DNA of 64,000 bases, from assembly GCF_036321535.1 (NCBI RefSeq), contig NC_087437.1:56856001-56920000 (forward strand). Reading direction: 5' to 3'. Source of the DNA: Camelus dromedarius (taxonomy: Eukaryota). Position 1 is the stretch's first letter. The number at the start of each line of letters is the position of its first letter. The position numbers and the translations under genes are program-made. Shown one piece after another: positions 39,361 through 53,499 of this stretch. Under the pieces are notes generated by a model, which was not told the DNA's origin, did no database searches, and was given only the letters and a program-made list of their open reading frames with translations.

Positions 39361-40199
39361 AATTTGGAATTTGATTATGTATGTTTTAAATCTAGAAATG
39401 AAACACTAAGATATTTGTCACTTATTTATAAAGAAGAGCCAAGAGATACAGAGACCTCTCTGGCAGAACCCAGGGCAGAGTAATGGTAATGATAACATAT
39501 ACACTTACTGTTGAACACCAACAAGAATTAACATCCAGAAGGGGCTTTACTCCAATGGATGGGCATGGCAGCAGGAATTTTTAGGCATGGACACAATGTA
39601 ATGTGAGAATTTAGTCTGCTTTCAAGTAACATTTTTGATAATGATTGAGAGCATAGTAAGTACCTGAGTAGAAATTAAGTAGGGGCTTAGATTCTGGTCA
39701 GACTAGAGGCTTAACATCAAGGATCAAATATATGGTTCTCCACTTGTTGTACGTGATGCAAAATGGAACATCGTTCAGAATTGTAACAGAGATGAAATCT
39801 CTGAGCAAGAAGTCATATGAAACACAAGACTATGGGAACAGAAAGAGAAGAAAAACTGGGTTCAAAATCCAGGATCTATTAGAGGATACAAAATTAAATG
39901 AACAGTGTCTGTATAAGAAAAAAAGATTCTCTAATCCTAAAAATGTTCTAAGCAGCAGGAAACCAGACTCTTAGAATTGAGATCAGAGGAAGAAACCGTC
40001 AAGAAAATGGTGTGGGCTTTATTTTAAAGCATAGACTCCTCAGCCAACAGGGGTCCTGAGTTATGAAAAATGTCTCTAAACTCACCTTCTTCCTTCAGCT
40101 ATCATGGAAATGAAGTTGTAAAGACGGTCTATCCTTCTACCAAGTATCAGGGCCTCCATATGTCACTATCATTTAATCAAACCTTTCTTCTTTCCCATC

Positions 40200-41680
40200 T
40201 TAAGACAATAAATAAACTTCATGAGATTACTCACATAGTCTTTTGCCTTCTGTCCCTAGTTTCTCCATCCCGCCAAGGCCAAACTTCCTGAAATAAGTTC
40301 CTGCCTCCAGTTCTTTCCCATATAGTTGCTTCAGTCTACTTAAACCTGGCTTTCACCGTCTCCTTTCCAACGACACTGAAATGGTCCTTTCCAATAATCT
40401 CATTGCTGCAAAATGTAATGAACACTTAGTTCCTCCTTTTCCTGGATATCTTTTCAGAACCTCCTTGGTTGACCACACCCTTTTTCTTAAAAAACTCCCT
40501 GGTGTTCTACTACTTTGCTAGTCATTCTTCATCAGTTTCTTTTACCATTTCCTCCTCCTCTGACCTTTAAAAGATGAACTTTCTCTGGGTTTGATTTTAG
40601 ATTCTCTTTTCTTATCATGCTTCAGTCTCTTCTGGGAAATGCATGACTTTAATCACTATCTACATACCAGTGACTCCAAAGTTTCTACCTCTCACTTCAC
40701 CTCTCTTGACTACCATACCTGGACTTCTTACAAGCTTCTCAACCGCATCCAACAGTGAACATTCATTTTTACTCTAATGTTTCACTTCTCTCCCAATGTT
40801 TCCTACCTAAGGAAGTAGGGTCATTTACCAAGTTATTCATTCAAGAAATCCCTTCTTCTCCCTTACTGTCCATCTTTTCCAGCCAACTGCAAATTTCTGT
40901 CTAAATTTCCTAAGTATCTTTCAAATCTTTCCACTTCTTTCTTGCCACCAACCTAGACTAAGAAGCTATCATCTCAAACCTATGTCACTGAAGTACCTTT
41001 ATCGCCAACTCTCCTCACACCCACCTTCGTCCCCTTCAGGCAATTTTCCAAAAAGCTTTGAGAGTAATATTTTGAAACTGCAAATACCAGTCTGTAATAC
41101 TCTTACTTAAAATCTTTCGATTCTTTTCCATTACACTTAGGGTAAAGATCAAAAGTCATAATATGGTCTATAAGGCCCTGCATTATCTGCCTCTACCTCC
41201 ATCTTCAGTCTTGTCCAGACCCATCCCTCCCTCACCACAGTTCAGCCACAATGACCTTCTTTCAGTTCTTCAAATATGTCATTACTTTCTGCCACAAGGA
41301 CTTTGTACCTGCAGAGAAGCACACTCTCCTCTCCCCACTTGTGTGCAGGCATGCACACACACATGCATGTTCCCTTTTAAGCCTCAGTTAAAATTGTCCC
41401 TTCCTCAACAAAATCTTTGATTTTTCCAGACTGGGTGGGCCCTTCTGTCATAACCTCTCACTGTGCTGTATCTTTCTGAATAGCTTATATCTTAACTCTA
41501 AATCAATTACTTACATACATTTTTGTGCATTGTCTGTCTCCATTGCACTGTAAGATCCAATATGCCTATAAGGTTTATGTTTGCCTTGTTTCTAACTATA
41601 TCCCCAGCCACTAGAAGAAGTCCTGCCCATGATGGTCTCCCACAGAATATCTAATAATTAAAAATTTAATAAGTAAGTAG
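40200..41680 (+). mobile_element. L2 LINE 3' remnant
   Basis: Pyrimidine-rich L2-like motifs (tctctgggtttg, ctatctacataccagtgactccaaa, tataaggccctgcattatctg). Confidence 0.65.
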
Positions 41681-44600
41681 AATAAGAGTCCATTTGTAAT
41701 TCTCTGTGTGCTTGGGTGCTTTCCACTAGTGTGACTAATTGAAACCCCATCTGCTAGAGAGAAGAAGTTTCCTGGCTGTTCCGGACGTGGAATAGGGCTG
41801 TCTCAAGGAGAGTGGGAGGACAGGGGTCTCCAAAACTCGGCAGGGCTGAGGTTCCCGGATTCAGAATCTCGGTGCCCAGAGAAAAGGAGGAGAAGAAAAG
41901 GCAGAGGCTGGCATATGTTCATTTCTTCCTTCTAAGTGAAGAATTAGCTGCTGAAGGGGAACCAAACATGTCTTTGAATTAATAGGCAAATTAGCTAATA
42001 ATATATTAACACCTTAATGTGGATATAGACCAGGTAATAAACTATAATGATGCTTGCTATGCTTGAGAAAGAATGTTATTATCTGTAAGAAGAACAGTAT
42101 TGGGAGCCAAGTGATGTCAGAAAAGGAAACTGGCAGGCATCCTGCAGGTCACACAGGGCTGGAATCAAGCCTCTTTCTCCAGGAGGTCAAGAGCAAAAAG
42201 CACTTTTGTCTGAGAATCTCTTCAATCTCTACTTTTGGATTTGGACCATGGATTAATCTAAAAGTTTTGTCCTTTGTGTGTTTGACTCATGGAGTCATAC
42301 ATCTGTGTCTGGCCATTTTCCTGACATGACTCTGGTTAGGAACTAATCTTGGGAGTCCTATTTGCACTTCTCTGACTCTGATTTCAGCTTTTTCCTTTCT
42401 CTTACTCTGACAGTTGGTTTACAGGTTGCCTCACTGTACAGTGGAGACTGGAGAATACTTTCAAGAGCTCATGCTTTTGTTCATAAAGTTCCCATTGTCT
42501 AGAAGATCTTTATCCTCCATTTAACCTACTGGGGAACCCATTTTTTTAAAATTCAGAGGTCCAAGGTAATATTTTCCAATCAAGATTTCCAAGGTCTCCT
42601 TAGGGCAAAATAAATTGCTTCTTCCTTTATATACTTATAGTATAAAATAACTCTATATGTTACTGCACTTGTTGCATTGTGTTTGTTACTGGTTAAGTCA
42701 GTGTCTGAGTCTCCCTCTAAATCTGAGTTGCTTCAAGACAAGGATAGTAATTCCTTATTTCTCGTTGTAATATATATCTTTCAGTGTGTGGTGGGAATTA
42801 AATGAGAAAATATGAGGGACAAGAAATTAAGCATAGTGCATGCCACATAGTTTGTAATATAAATGTTGGTTAAAATGAGTAATTATTCTACCATTCATTA
42901 TCTTCATTCAAATGATCTCTATTTACAAAGAAAACTAATTTTAAGAAAACAATATGCATCATAAAATGTAGTAAAGAAATATTCACATTGTTGTCCAGCC
43001 AGGTTAAATGTTCTTTGGTCACTTATCTTAGGAAAAAAAATTAATAACTTTTGCTCTACCATGTTGCATTGGGACTTCTAAGCTCTGGGCTCCACTCTCC
43101 TCACGTAAGATGCTGAATTATATCTGAAATCCTTTCCCCTTAAACATTCTGTGGCAATATTCTGCTGAATGCTTTCTCATAGGCTTTTTGCAGCATGCAA
43201 AATCATCTAAAAAAGGTAATTCAAGGTTCTTGTCATACGTTTTCACACCCAACGTAGTACCTAACACAATAATAGATCCACAGTAGCTTCCCAAAAGTTC
43301 ATTGATTTAAATTATGAGCACATCACTGCTTTGTTTCACTTAAAAATGGCTACCCTTTTTTGAGGAAAAATCTATTTTTGTGTGTGCATTCTAGTTATCA
43401 CTTCCTTTTCTTTCATTTATAGTATACTCTGTTTACTGCTCACCCACAATATGTCACCTTCCTCTCCTTGACTGAGCCATCGCCTCTCATTTTAGTGGAT
43501 TCCAGGAAGTTTTTTTTTGAGTGGCTAAACAGATTTAAGAATGTATATAAGCTTTAGTCAAACCAGCAAAAGAATGTGTCTCATTCTAGCTGGTGGACTG
43601 AAGATTTGACTGGAAAGCAAAGTCATTCAAATATCCTTGGCTTCACATACCCCATGGTGCTTGGTCCTGGTTGACTCGCGATGCTACTTTGCCATCCACA
43701 AATTTCCTTTCATTTCTCACCACAATCTTTTTCATGATTTTACTGTGAGAAATCGTCTAGGTTATCAATGCATTAAGTAATGGATGAAGTTAGATATTGA
43801 ACAAATCTGTTTTATTAACTAAATTCTTGACGATATTAACACACCTAGAGAAGCTCAGCAAAGAGCAGTGCTTTAGGGAGGAGATGCCATTATCATAATG
43901 AGATTTCTTCCTCTGACACAAACCATTAGGTGCAGTCAATATTTATGATGCTTTTATCCTGACTTGTATAATTTGTAACTCCTGCCTGGGTATGACTTTT
44001 CGGCTCAGCTGCTCATAAGTCCATTAAGTACTATTACAGGATGAGCTCAGATTTATTGCCACTCCTGGGAGCTTTGCTAAGAAGTGTCAGTTGAGAGGAG
44101 AAGACTCCCTGGAAAATGAAGGATGTAGAAACAATCAATTTTGTTGACTGCTGAGATTCAGCTCCTTACATAGCTTTGGTGTGAGACATCTCCATCAGGC
44201 ACCCCTTACATCCCTTGAACAGATATTTCCTCCGGGAAGGGAGAATTTAAGACAAGAATTTGACAGTGGTATCTAGGAACACATCCTCTTTTGGAAAAAA
44301 AAAAAAAACTCACAGTTAATTCACAAGTACCTATTTATCACCAACCATGTAACCACCAGTGAGTCAAGTAGTGAGGGATAAAATCATTAAAGAGGCTGGG
44401 TTCTATAATGATAAGAACCCATCACTAAGATTCAGAATGCCTAAATTCAATCTGTGATGCACTCCTCGTGAATGTCATGACAATGGGTGAGTCCTGATTC
44501 CTTTATTTTCTCCCTCATCCATTGTTTTTCCCAGTATTTCAGGCTGATGACAATGAACAACTGCTTATTGTCTGTGGAGTATTATATACATGATATTGAT

Positions 44601-45324
44601 CCATACCCAAGCCATCTGGGGTACAGTGTTCTGTGTAGCCAGACACAGAATAAGATGGAGCATGCTTGTTTAGGTCCAACTTGGTGAAGGATACATTGCC
44701 GATGACAGATTTGGCAGATGGCTTTAAAACATATCTAGGAGAACTCCTGAAGTAGCCTTTGACCAGTGAAAGAGATTTGAAAAATAATTATGTTGATTTC
44801 CTTGACCTTGACTGGGACAACTCATGAAGTATGTTCTTCACTGTCACCCCAAGTTCCCTTATGGATTATGCTCCAGGTACCCACTGTGGTAGCTTGCTTG
44901 ATAAACACTCAGTTGGCTTTCTTCCTTTCCGAGGCTCACCTCCACCTCCCCATCAAACTCTTCTGCTATTTCCTGCCAAATAAACTATTTGTACTGTAAT
45001 CCTTGTCTCAAGGTGTTCTTCCACAGAGAATGCGTATGAAAACACATTTAATACAATGTGAATATGATATTCACATCTTGCTTTTAACATCAAAACTCCA
45101 TTGTACAGAAACTCAACAAACACAAGATATGTGTGTGTTGCTTATCTCTTCCCTCATTTACCCTGTAAGATAAAGGCTACATTGCTGTAAAAACATAAAG
45201 AGCACAAATTCACTTCAGAGATACATTCAACCTGCTCACTGATTTTTGTCTTCTATGAATCAAGTATAATGATGATTTAACTCTAGCACATTTTACAATT
45301 TTCAAATAATCTACTGGGGTTAGT

Positions 45325-45544
45325 AGACATTTGGTCCTATTCAAAATGCCCATGAGCATATTTGGTCCATGCCAAATAGTTTTGGGCAAGACCAAATGGT
45401 TCTGTGAATATAAGAACATTTTGTCATGAACCAAATGTCTTACGGACCAAATGTCTTATGGACATTTTGGACAGGACCAAATGCCAAGGACTCTTTTGCA
45501 TGGACCAAATGTATTATGGATGCTTTGGACAGGACCAAATGTCC
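45325..45544. repeat. Inverted- and direct-repeat element built from GGACCAAATGTC units (MITE-like, family unassigned)
   Basis: ~55-bp terminal arms are imperfect reverse complements; an internal ~42-bp direct duplication; at least 8 motif copies. Confidence 0.8.
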
Positions 45545-46244
45545 TGCAAGGATCCATTTATCATATATTTTTGTTAGTTTACATTCTTGTTTTACCCCCT
45601 CCCCCCAAAATTTAAGTCACCAGACTCCACATCAGTTTCAGAAATCACCTAAAGTACCATAGAGATATTGATATTTGTACAAATGACCTGCTTTGGGGTC
45701 CTTTAGCTGCTTGGGCACTAAATAGTCCCCTCCAGTAAGGAGGGGAAATTTCATGCTTGAGGTGGCAGCAGATTTCTCATTGACTAATTCCCTGAAGAAG
45801 CTTTGATTCACCTCTGGCAGACCTTTCCTCCCCAGCACATGAGAGATGGGCTGCCGACAGGAACGGGAGTGCAACCCACATAATTAAGTGAAAGAGAGAT
45901 TCATAGGAATTATGCGAAGGGAAAGAATCAGCAATCTTTGCTCCCCAGTTTAATTAGCTAATGAATGCCTGGACAGGCACTGACTCACTTTATTGATGCA
46001 GAATTCTGTTCCAACTGCTCTATGTGAATACAGTATCACAGATTCTTGGAACCCGAGCTGACTTTGAATCCTAAGCTTGACATTGAAGGCTCTCCGTGAT
46101 CTGGCCTCGACCTGTCCCTGCAGTCTCCATGCTGACCACATTTCCACACGCCCTCCGTATTCTAGTACACTGTGCTTCAGCCTCAATCCTTTGGAAAAGA
46201 AAACCTGAGGCAAAGTTACATGCTGATGTTTTATTGGAGGGTAC

Positions 46245-46762
46245 TAAAGGGTGACAGAATATGCCACCTTGAAATAGGCCACTTTGACATAAGGATTATT
46301 TTGAGATGAAGACTCTTGAAATAAAGCAGGTGAAAGAAGGGCACTGTGACCTCCCCTGTTTCCTCCTGAAAGCAGGAGATAAAATCCCCATTTGGAACAT
46401 GCCCTTCTTACACCAAGAGGAAAGTCACATTCTTATCACTGAGAAATCTACAAAAATAAATCTTGTTAAACTAACACTTATCTTTCTAGTCACCGCTCTA
46501 CCAATTACCCACCCTGGCCCTGGCCCCTCTACCTTGTTACATTTTCACAATTTACTACTCTTGGTCCAATTCAGAATATATATGCATTCAAATCTAACTG
46601 CTTCATTGGGTCTTCATTTACTTAGGAGGGCTCTCTGTCATATAAAACTTAGATTAAATTCATGTTTATGCTTTTCTCCTTTTAATCTGTCTATGCCAAT
46701 TTAATTCTCTGTCCCAACCAAAACCTGGAAGAGGATTAGAGGTACAATTCTGACTCTCATAT
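46245..46762 (+). mobile_element. MER34-like ERV1 solo LTR inserted into an older ERVL-type LTR
   Basis: cagaatatgccacc...gacataaggattattttgag opening; ggtac flanks both ends (46240-46244 / 46763-46767). Confidence 0.7.
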
Positions 46763-47497
46763 GGTACCATGGGGCATGAGACAAAATGGAAAAGTCAGGC
46801 ATGGAAGGAGGGAAACTGAATACAGAGTGATGTGTTGCTGTGCTGGCCACAGTCTCCCTGAGTCACCTGAGTCCTGCGGGATAAATCTGGACTGACTTCA
46901 AGAGTCCATGGTGGACTGGAAATGCAAGGGATTCTCTGTTACCTCCATCTCATCTCTTGTGCCTTACTGGTCTACTCCATGCAGTGCTATCTCCCCTGAA
47001 CTTTCAGGCTGTATTATTTTCCCTCTTTGCCCCCAAGGTTTCTGCTAAGGAAGTCAGAACCTCTTCAACTTCATTTCGCCAGTAAGCCACGGCAGTGATT
47101 TCTCCTTGTCAGTCAGCGCCTTATGCAGGGGGTCTTTTTTAGTGTTGGTGGGAGAAATAGAAAGAGTTGTAAATTTATCATCACAGGAATGGCAAGAGCT
47201 ATTGCTAAAACCTCTGTAGCCTGGAAGAAAGGCAAATGCTGGGGCCAGGGGTAAATGTAGACAGGAGTCACATAACTAGGTTCCAAGTGACAGGGAAGCT
47301 TGCATTGCAACAGAACACTCTCTTGTACAGGGTCACATGCGTAAGTACAGCCTCTAAGTCACTCAATTCAAGGTCACAGTAGTATATTACCAACTGCTGT
47401 AAATTTACCTGCAAAATTTAAAGGTGCTTACATGCACTCTATCTGTTTTTGTCCTGTAGAAGTTGCAAGGGGCAACATCATATTCGTCACTTTAAAG

Positions 47498-47746
47498 CAG
47501 TCTCAGTCTCGGCATCACTGAGAATTAGGGTTGAATAATTCTTCGTTGTGAGGGGGCTTTCTTGTGCACTGCATCATGGTTAGTTGCTTCCGTGGCTTCC
47601 ACCCACTTTAGTTATTTCCCTGACCTCTACCTCCGATGCCCACTGGATGCCACCTACTCACCCTGATTTCTGAAAACCAAAAAATGTCCCCAGACATCAC
47701 CAAATGTCTCATGGGGACAAAAATTATCCCTGGCTGATGATCATTG
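47498..47746. mobile_element. MER20-type hAT-Charlie element
   Basis: ataattcttcgttgtgagggggctttcttgtgcactg...aatgtccccagacatcaccaaatgtc; 8-bp TSD ctttaaag / ctttagag. Confidence 0.8.
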
Positions 47747-48109
47747 CTTTAGAGTAAATGACTCAGTGTGTCCCAAGTCACCAGACTCTAAAAACATTAC
47801 TTCTGGGTCTTTGTAGGCTTTATTCCCACTGTCTGGCATATACGTATCTTACTAAAGTATTGAGGATACTTGTTACCTCTTACTTACCGGGCCAATCAGA
47901 ATGATGATCATCTATAGAGTAGACCACTGGGATATTCTGCAGAATCTGAGAGTGATCATCATGGTCAAGACACCTGAGGACTATATTCCAAAAGAGAGTG
48001 GTACAATTAACATAGCCGTGTGAAGCAAACTGTATTCAATTTTCCATACTAATTAGGTAATAGCATACCAAATGCCAGAGACTGTTAATACGCCTCAATA
48101 AAAATAATA

Positions 48110-48630
48110 TACCTGCTATCAGGAGTCATTTCCCAAAGGGTATCAGACACATCTGTATATCTTGTGAGCAAAGGCACTGACTTTCTCTGCTCTAGGCTCT
48201 TTCAGAGGATGTTTATGTAGTGAACAGCCAAGGAAGATAGTGAAAGGATCTGCTTTTAGAGCAAATGGTAGGTTCATTCACAGCCCAGGATAAGAAAGAT
48301 AGTATCTCCCATCAAGACAAAGGTCTAGCAGGCTTACTTCCTGTTGTAAAAGGGTCAGGATCCTTAAGCTTGAGGTTCCTCTCCCATAATACACCCCATT
48401 GAGCTGGAAAGAGTCACCTGCTTCTCTTTGCATCATCGTGTGTGCACTGGGGCTTGAGGAACAGAGGCAAATGTCGATGTTTTGTCTACTGCTTTTTCTG
48501 TGAGTAATTAATGACTTTTGTCTCTAACCCAGGAATCTTGTCTTTGGTGCCAGTGTCCAGGAAACTGTGACGGGCTAACTTATCAGCTTGCAAATGGAGT
48601 AAAATCTCAGACCCCTCCCAGTCCTCGATG
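48110..48630 (+). mobile_element. ERV1-type solo LTR (old)
   Basis: LTR-like end gtaaaatctcagacccctcccagtcctcga and ttgtctctaacccaggaatcttgtc; boundaries are approximate. Confidence 0.55.
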
Positions 48631-49489
48631 CCTGGTAGAGCAGCAGTCATTGGAGTTATAATCTGGTTAAGTTACAGTTGTCTCCCTGATTCTGGGTACC
48701 AGCTCTGGAAGGCATGAGGAACGATAGTCACAGATCTTGAGGACATCAGTGGTCATATTACAAGTCATGTGCTTTTAGTGAGGTTACCACATGGTCTTCA
48801 GGTTAGGCTGTTTCCCTCTGGCAAGTAGAAAGAGCTGATTCTCCTGGCCATGTGAGATCGGGAAATTTAGGAGGTTCAAAGTCCCAAATATCTTCATCCC
48901 AGGCCTCAGGGACTTCTTTCTTTCCTTTGTCTTAGGAAACCCATCAAATCTGCACTTATTTCTTTTTTGCAGCTCTTGCAACTTTGTAATTATAAGTGCC
49001 TCTACACCCACCAGGGTTAACAGCCACTTGAAGCCCTAATGCTTTCTTCCACCTACACTTCATTCCACTTAACCAAAGGCTTTATTAATTGTGATTCCAT
49101 TACAGGCTAGGAATTTTTGTGACTCCACTTTGCAATAGCAATGGAGTGAATTGCTTCGGCTTCCAGAACATGAGTGAAGCCTATGTTCTAGAACTTAGAA
49201 GATCAAAGATAATTGATACAAAGAGGGCTACTTTTTCTATTAATTATCTTTCCCTGGGGCCATTTGAAAGCAGAACTCGTGGCAAAACCTACTATATGCT
49301 AACACCTTGCTGGGAGGTATGAGGCAACAGGAACACAGAGGAAAGGAGAATGAGGCAAAAGAAGGGAAAATAAATACAAGGTGAACATATTTTTTACAGG
49401 AAGTGAAGGGTCAAAGGGTAAGTGTGTATTTAACATTAATGATGTCAAACAGTTCTCCAAAGTTCACACTCACAGACGTCATGTATGAG

Positions 49490-51085
49490 TTCCAGTTCCT
49501 TCAGTTATTGAAAAGACTGTCTTTTCCCCATTGAATTATCTTACATTCTTAAGAAAAAGTCAGTTAAAGTATATATGTAAGTTTCTTTCTAGATTCTCTA
49601 TTCTATTCCACTAAATTATTTCCCTATGCCAATAGTACACTGTCTTGATTATTGCAGTTCTATAATAAGCCTTGAGAACAGGTGTTGTGAATCCACCAAC
49701 TTTATACTTTTGCAAAATTATTTTCACCATCTTAATCATTTGCATCCCTCTGTTGTATTTATTTATTTATTTTTCTTGAAGGATACTTGATTTACAATGT
49801 TACGTTAGTTTCTGATCTACAGCATAGTGATTCAGTTATACATATATATATTCTTTTTCATATTATTTTTCATTATAGGTTATTACAAGATGTTGAATAT
49901 AGTTCCTTGTGCTATACAGTAAGACCTTGTTGTCTACATGTTTTATATATAGTAGTTTGTGTCTGCTAATCCGGAACTCCTAATCTCTTTATATTTAGAA
50001 TCAGCTTGTCAATTTCTATCCAAAAAAGCATGCTGTCATTTTAAAAAGAATTGCACTACATCTATAGATTAATCTTAATAGAATTGGCCCCTGAAAAATA
50101 TTAATCCTTCCAATATATGAACACTGAATGAGTCTTTGCTTAGATCCTCAAATTCTATGAGCAATATTTTATAGTGTTCAGACTAGAAATCTTGCATGTG
50201 TTTGTGAAATTTATTCCTAAGAATTTTATGTGTTTTGATGCTATAGGAAACTGACTTTTTAAATGTTTATTATCTAATTGTTGCTAGATTACAGAAATAC
50301 AACTGATTTTTGTATATTGACCTTGTGCTCTGTGCCTTTGTTAAACTTATTTCTTCTAATAGTTGATTTACTTTTAAATAGTTTCTATGTAAATAATCAT
50401 ATCATATATAAGTAAAGTTTACTTCTTTTCCAATCTGAGTGGACTTTATTTTTTATCCTTCTTATTGTACTGTGAAAAGCACAGAAAAACGTTGAATAAA
50501 ATTAGAATTGATATCCTTCCATTGTTTCCAACCTAGGAGGAAATACTACAATAATTCACCAAGCTTTTTAATTTTCTTAGATACCTTTTACAATACTGAG
50601 GAGGCTTCCTTCTATTCCTACTCTGCTGAGAGTTGCTTTTCTTAAAATTATGAATTGGTGTTCCATTTTGTCAGAATTGTTTTTTGATAATTTCTATTAA
50701 AATGATCAAGACGTTGAATTACAGTGACTGATTTTTGAATATTAAATCAATTTTGCATCCCTGGGAGCAATTTCAACTGGTGTTGATATGCTATTCCTTT
50801 TGTGTATTCCTATTGATTTATTAATATTTTGTTAAGAAATTTTGTATCTATCTTCATAAGGGATGTTGGTCTGTATTGCTCTTTTCATATAATATCTCTG
50901 TCAGGTTTTGTATTCAGAGTTATACTAGACACATGAAATAAATTGGTTCATGTTTCCTCCTCCTGACTTATGCAAGTCTTTTTCACTTCAACCTCATAGC
51001 AATTTAACTTCATTTATCCACACGTTACTTTGTGTTTTGTTGTCATGAATTTTACTTTTACACACTTTATAAACTCTAGCTTACA

Positions 51086-51131
<46 letters not shown>

Positions 51132-53310
51132 TTAAACAATAAACTATCTTTTAGGGAAATAAAGAGAAAAAAGAAAAGAAGCTAGCCTTTCAAAAATTTA
51201 CACATTCAGATCTTCTTTCTTTCCTTTTAATCTGAAATTCATTTGTTATCCTTTCCTTCAGCCTCTTGAACTTCTTTTAGTATTTCTTGTAGTGTAGATA
51301 AGGTGATTACAAATTTTCTGGGCTTTCGTTTATCAGAAAATATATTTATTTTGATTTTTTAAGGACAATTTTGTTATATATTGAACACTGATTTGACAGG
51401 TATTTGCTGTTGTAATCACTTTAAAATTGTAATTTTACTATTTTCTGGCCTGTATTGTTTCTGATTAGAAGCCAGTCATAATTTATATAATGTTCCCCTG
51501 TATGCCATTTTTCTCTGGATGCTTTGAAGGTTTTCTGTTCATCTGTGGTTGTCATAGAGTCTGACTAGAGTGGCCTCAATGCTTTTCCTTTATATTTCTC
51601 CTTCTTGGGGTTTTCTGAGCTTATTCGATCTGTAGATTGGTGCTTTGAAATAAAACCTGGGAAACTTTCAACCGTTATTTTCTCAAGTTTGGTTTTCATT
51701 TTTTTGTTGTTCTTGTTTTTGGATTTTTTTGCACCTCATTCTCCTTCTCTCGTCTCCTGTGTTCTTAAGCACATGTGTTATAAACAGTATGATATTATTC
51801 CACTGGAACTTGAAGGTCTTTTTTAAAAAAAAAACTCATCTGTTTTGGGTTTTGGGTTTTTTTTTTCAGATTGAATAGTTTCTATTCATCTGTTCTCAAG
51901 TTCACTGAGTCTGATTCTGCCACCTCCAAGCTATCATTAAGCCCATCCAGTGATTTTTTTTTCACTTCAAATATTGTACTTTTTTGTTTTTCTACAATTT
52001 CCACTTACATTGTTGGTTTTTATCTGCTAAAATTCTATGTCTGTTCACTGATTTTTGTGTAGCTTCTATTTCTCTACTGAGAGTTCTAGCTTTTTATTCA
52101 TTATGACCATATATTTTGCTTTAAGTCCTTAAAAATATTTATAATAATTGCTAATAATATCCTCTTTATGTCCTTGGCTGCTAATTCCAATATCTCGGTC
52201 CTTGGTGTTTGTCCCCTCTGATGGCTTTTTCTTGATTATTTGCCACATTTTCGTACTCCTTTACATGTCTAGTAATTTTTGTTAGGCAAACTGGGATTTG
52301 GGGGTGAGTGTTTGTGTGTGTGTGTTTGTTTTGTTTTTTGTGTTTTTTTGCTGGAGATTTTGCATGATACATTGTAAGGAGTCTAGATTAAATCCGCCCC
52401 CCCCCCCCTTTTTAAATGATTGTTGAATTTTGTCTCTGCAGGCAGTTGTTTGCTAGAAACTCTCCTTCCTTCTGTGAAAGCTTAGTTTAGGCTCTATTAG
52501 TTTACTTACAGAGCATCCTTTGCAAGTAGACTATCCCTCTAACTTATGGCCTTTTTGGTAGCTTACCTGAATACCAGATGTGTTAATGAGGTCTCTCCAC
52601 TCTGAGTGGGTCTTTTTTTAAAAATTTTAAACCATTTTTAAAAATTGAAATATAGTTAATCTACAACATTGTTAGTTTCAGGTGTGCAGCAAAGTGATTC
52701 AGTTATACATGTATGAAAACTTACTTTTTTTCAGATTATTTTCCATTATAGGTTATTACAAGGTATTGAATATGGTTCCCTGTGCTATATAGTAGGTCAT
52801 TTTAAAAATAGTTGTTTTTCTATTTTATATATATTAATGTGTAGTGGATCTTTAATCAAACCTTCCCAGCACCTAGAACCCTCTAGGATTGCTGTTCTAT
52901 CCTCTGTTCTGTGGATGCTGCTTTCTGTTAGGCTTCACAGAGTTTCACCTTGCAGATATGCAACGCGGGCTTTGACCAAGCACCTGGGAACTTCTGTGTG
53001 CAGCTCCTGCTTCTCCAGTCCCCTAACCCACAAGGTCTGATTGTGTCAGCAGCCCTACGCTCTGTTTTATGCCTTTCCAGAGAGACACTGCTTGGACTCC
53101 CTCACCCTTTATGAAAGCTGGAAAATTGTGCTAAGCTGCAGAGTTGGCAAGAGCACGGGAGGCTCACTTCATGTATTTCTCTACTCTCAGGGGTCATACT
53201 ACCTAAAGCCCAGGATTTTTAAACTGTGACCACATCCATTTTCTCCAGTTTTATAGTTGCTTATGGGGGAAGGACATGTTTGGAACTATTCACTCTATCC
53301 TAGCAAGAAG
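49490..53310 (-). mobile_element. Composite decayed L1 with younger L1 3'-end inserts (~49760-49985, ~52620-52835) and a T39 run (51090-51128)
   Basis: L1 ORF2-antisense motifs (ttattgaaaagactgtcttttccccattgaatt; ctgatttttgtatattgacc). Confidence 0.8.
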
Positions 53311-53499
53311 TGCAAGTCTAAATATGTTTATAAATTTTGAATGATAAAGTATGTAGTATTTTGTATGTAAAGAAAAAAATGGAAAATATAATAGTCTCCA
53401 ACTCATCACACCCAGACCAAGGTCAACATTTTTCCGTGTTTGTCTCAAATACGTGGCCTTTTCTCAAAGAATGGAAACTACAGATATAATAGAAATATA

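Noticed and set aside
45325..45544. CRISPR-like or repeat-protein reading of the GGACCAAATG array (ORF 45426-45662)
   Set aside because: Mammalian context, no cas genes, units in both orientations with irregular non-unique spacers. The ORF merely translates the repeat.
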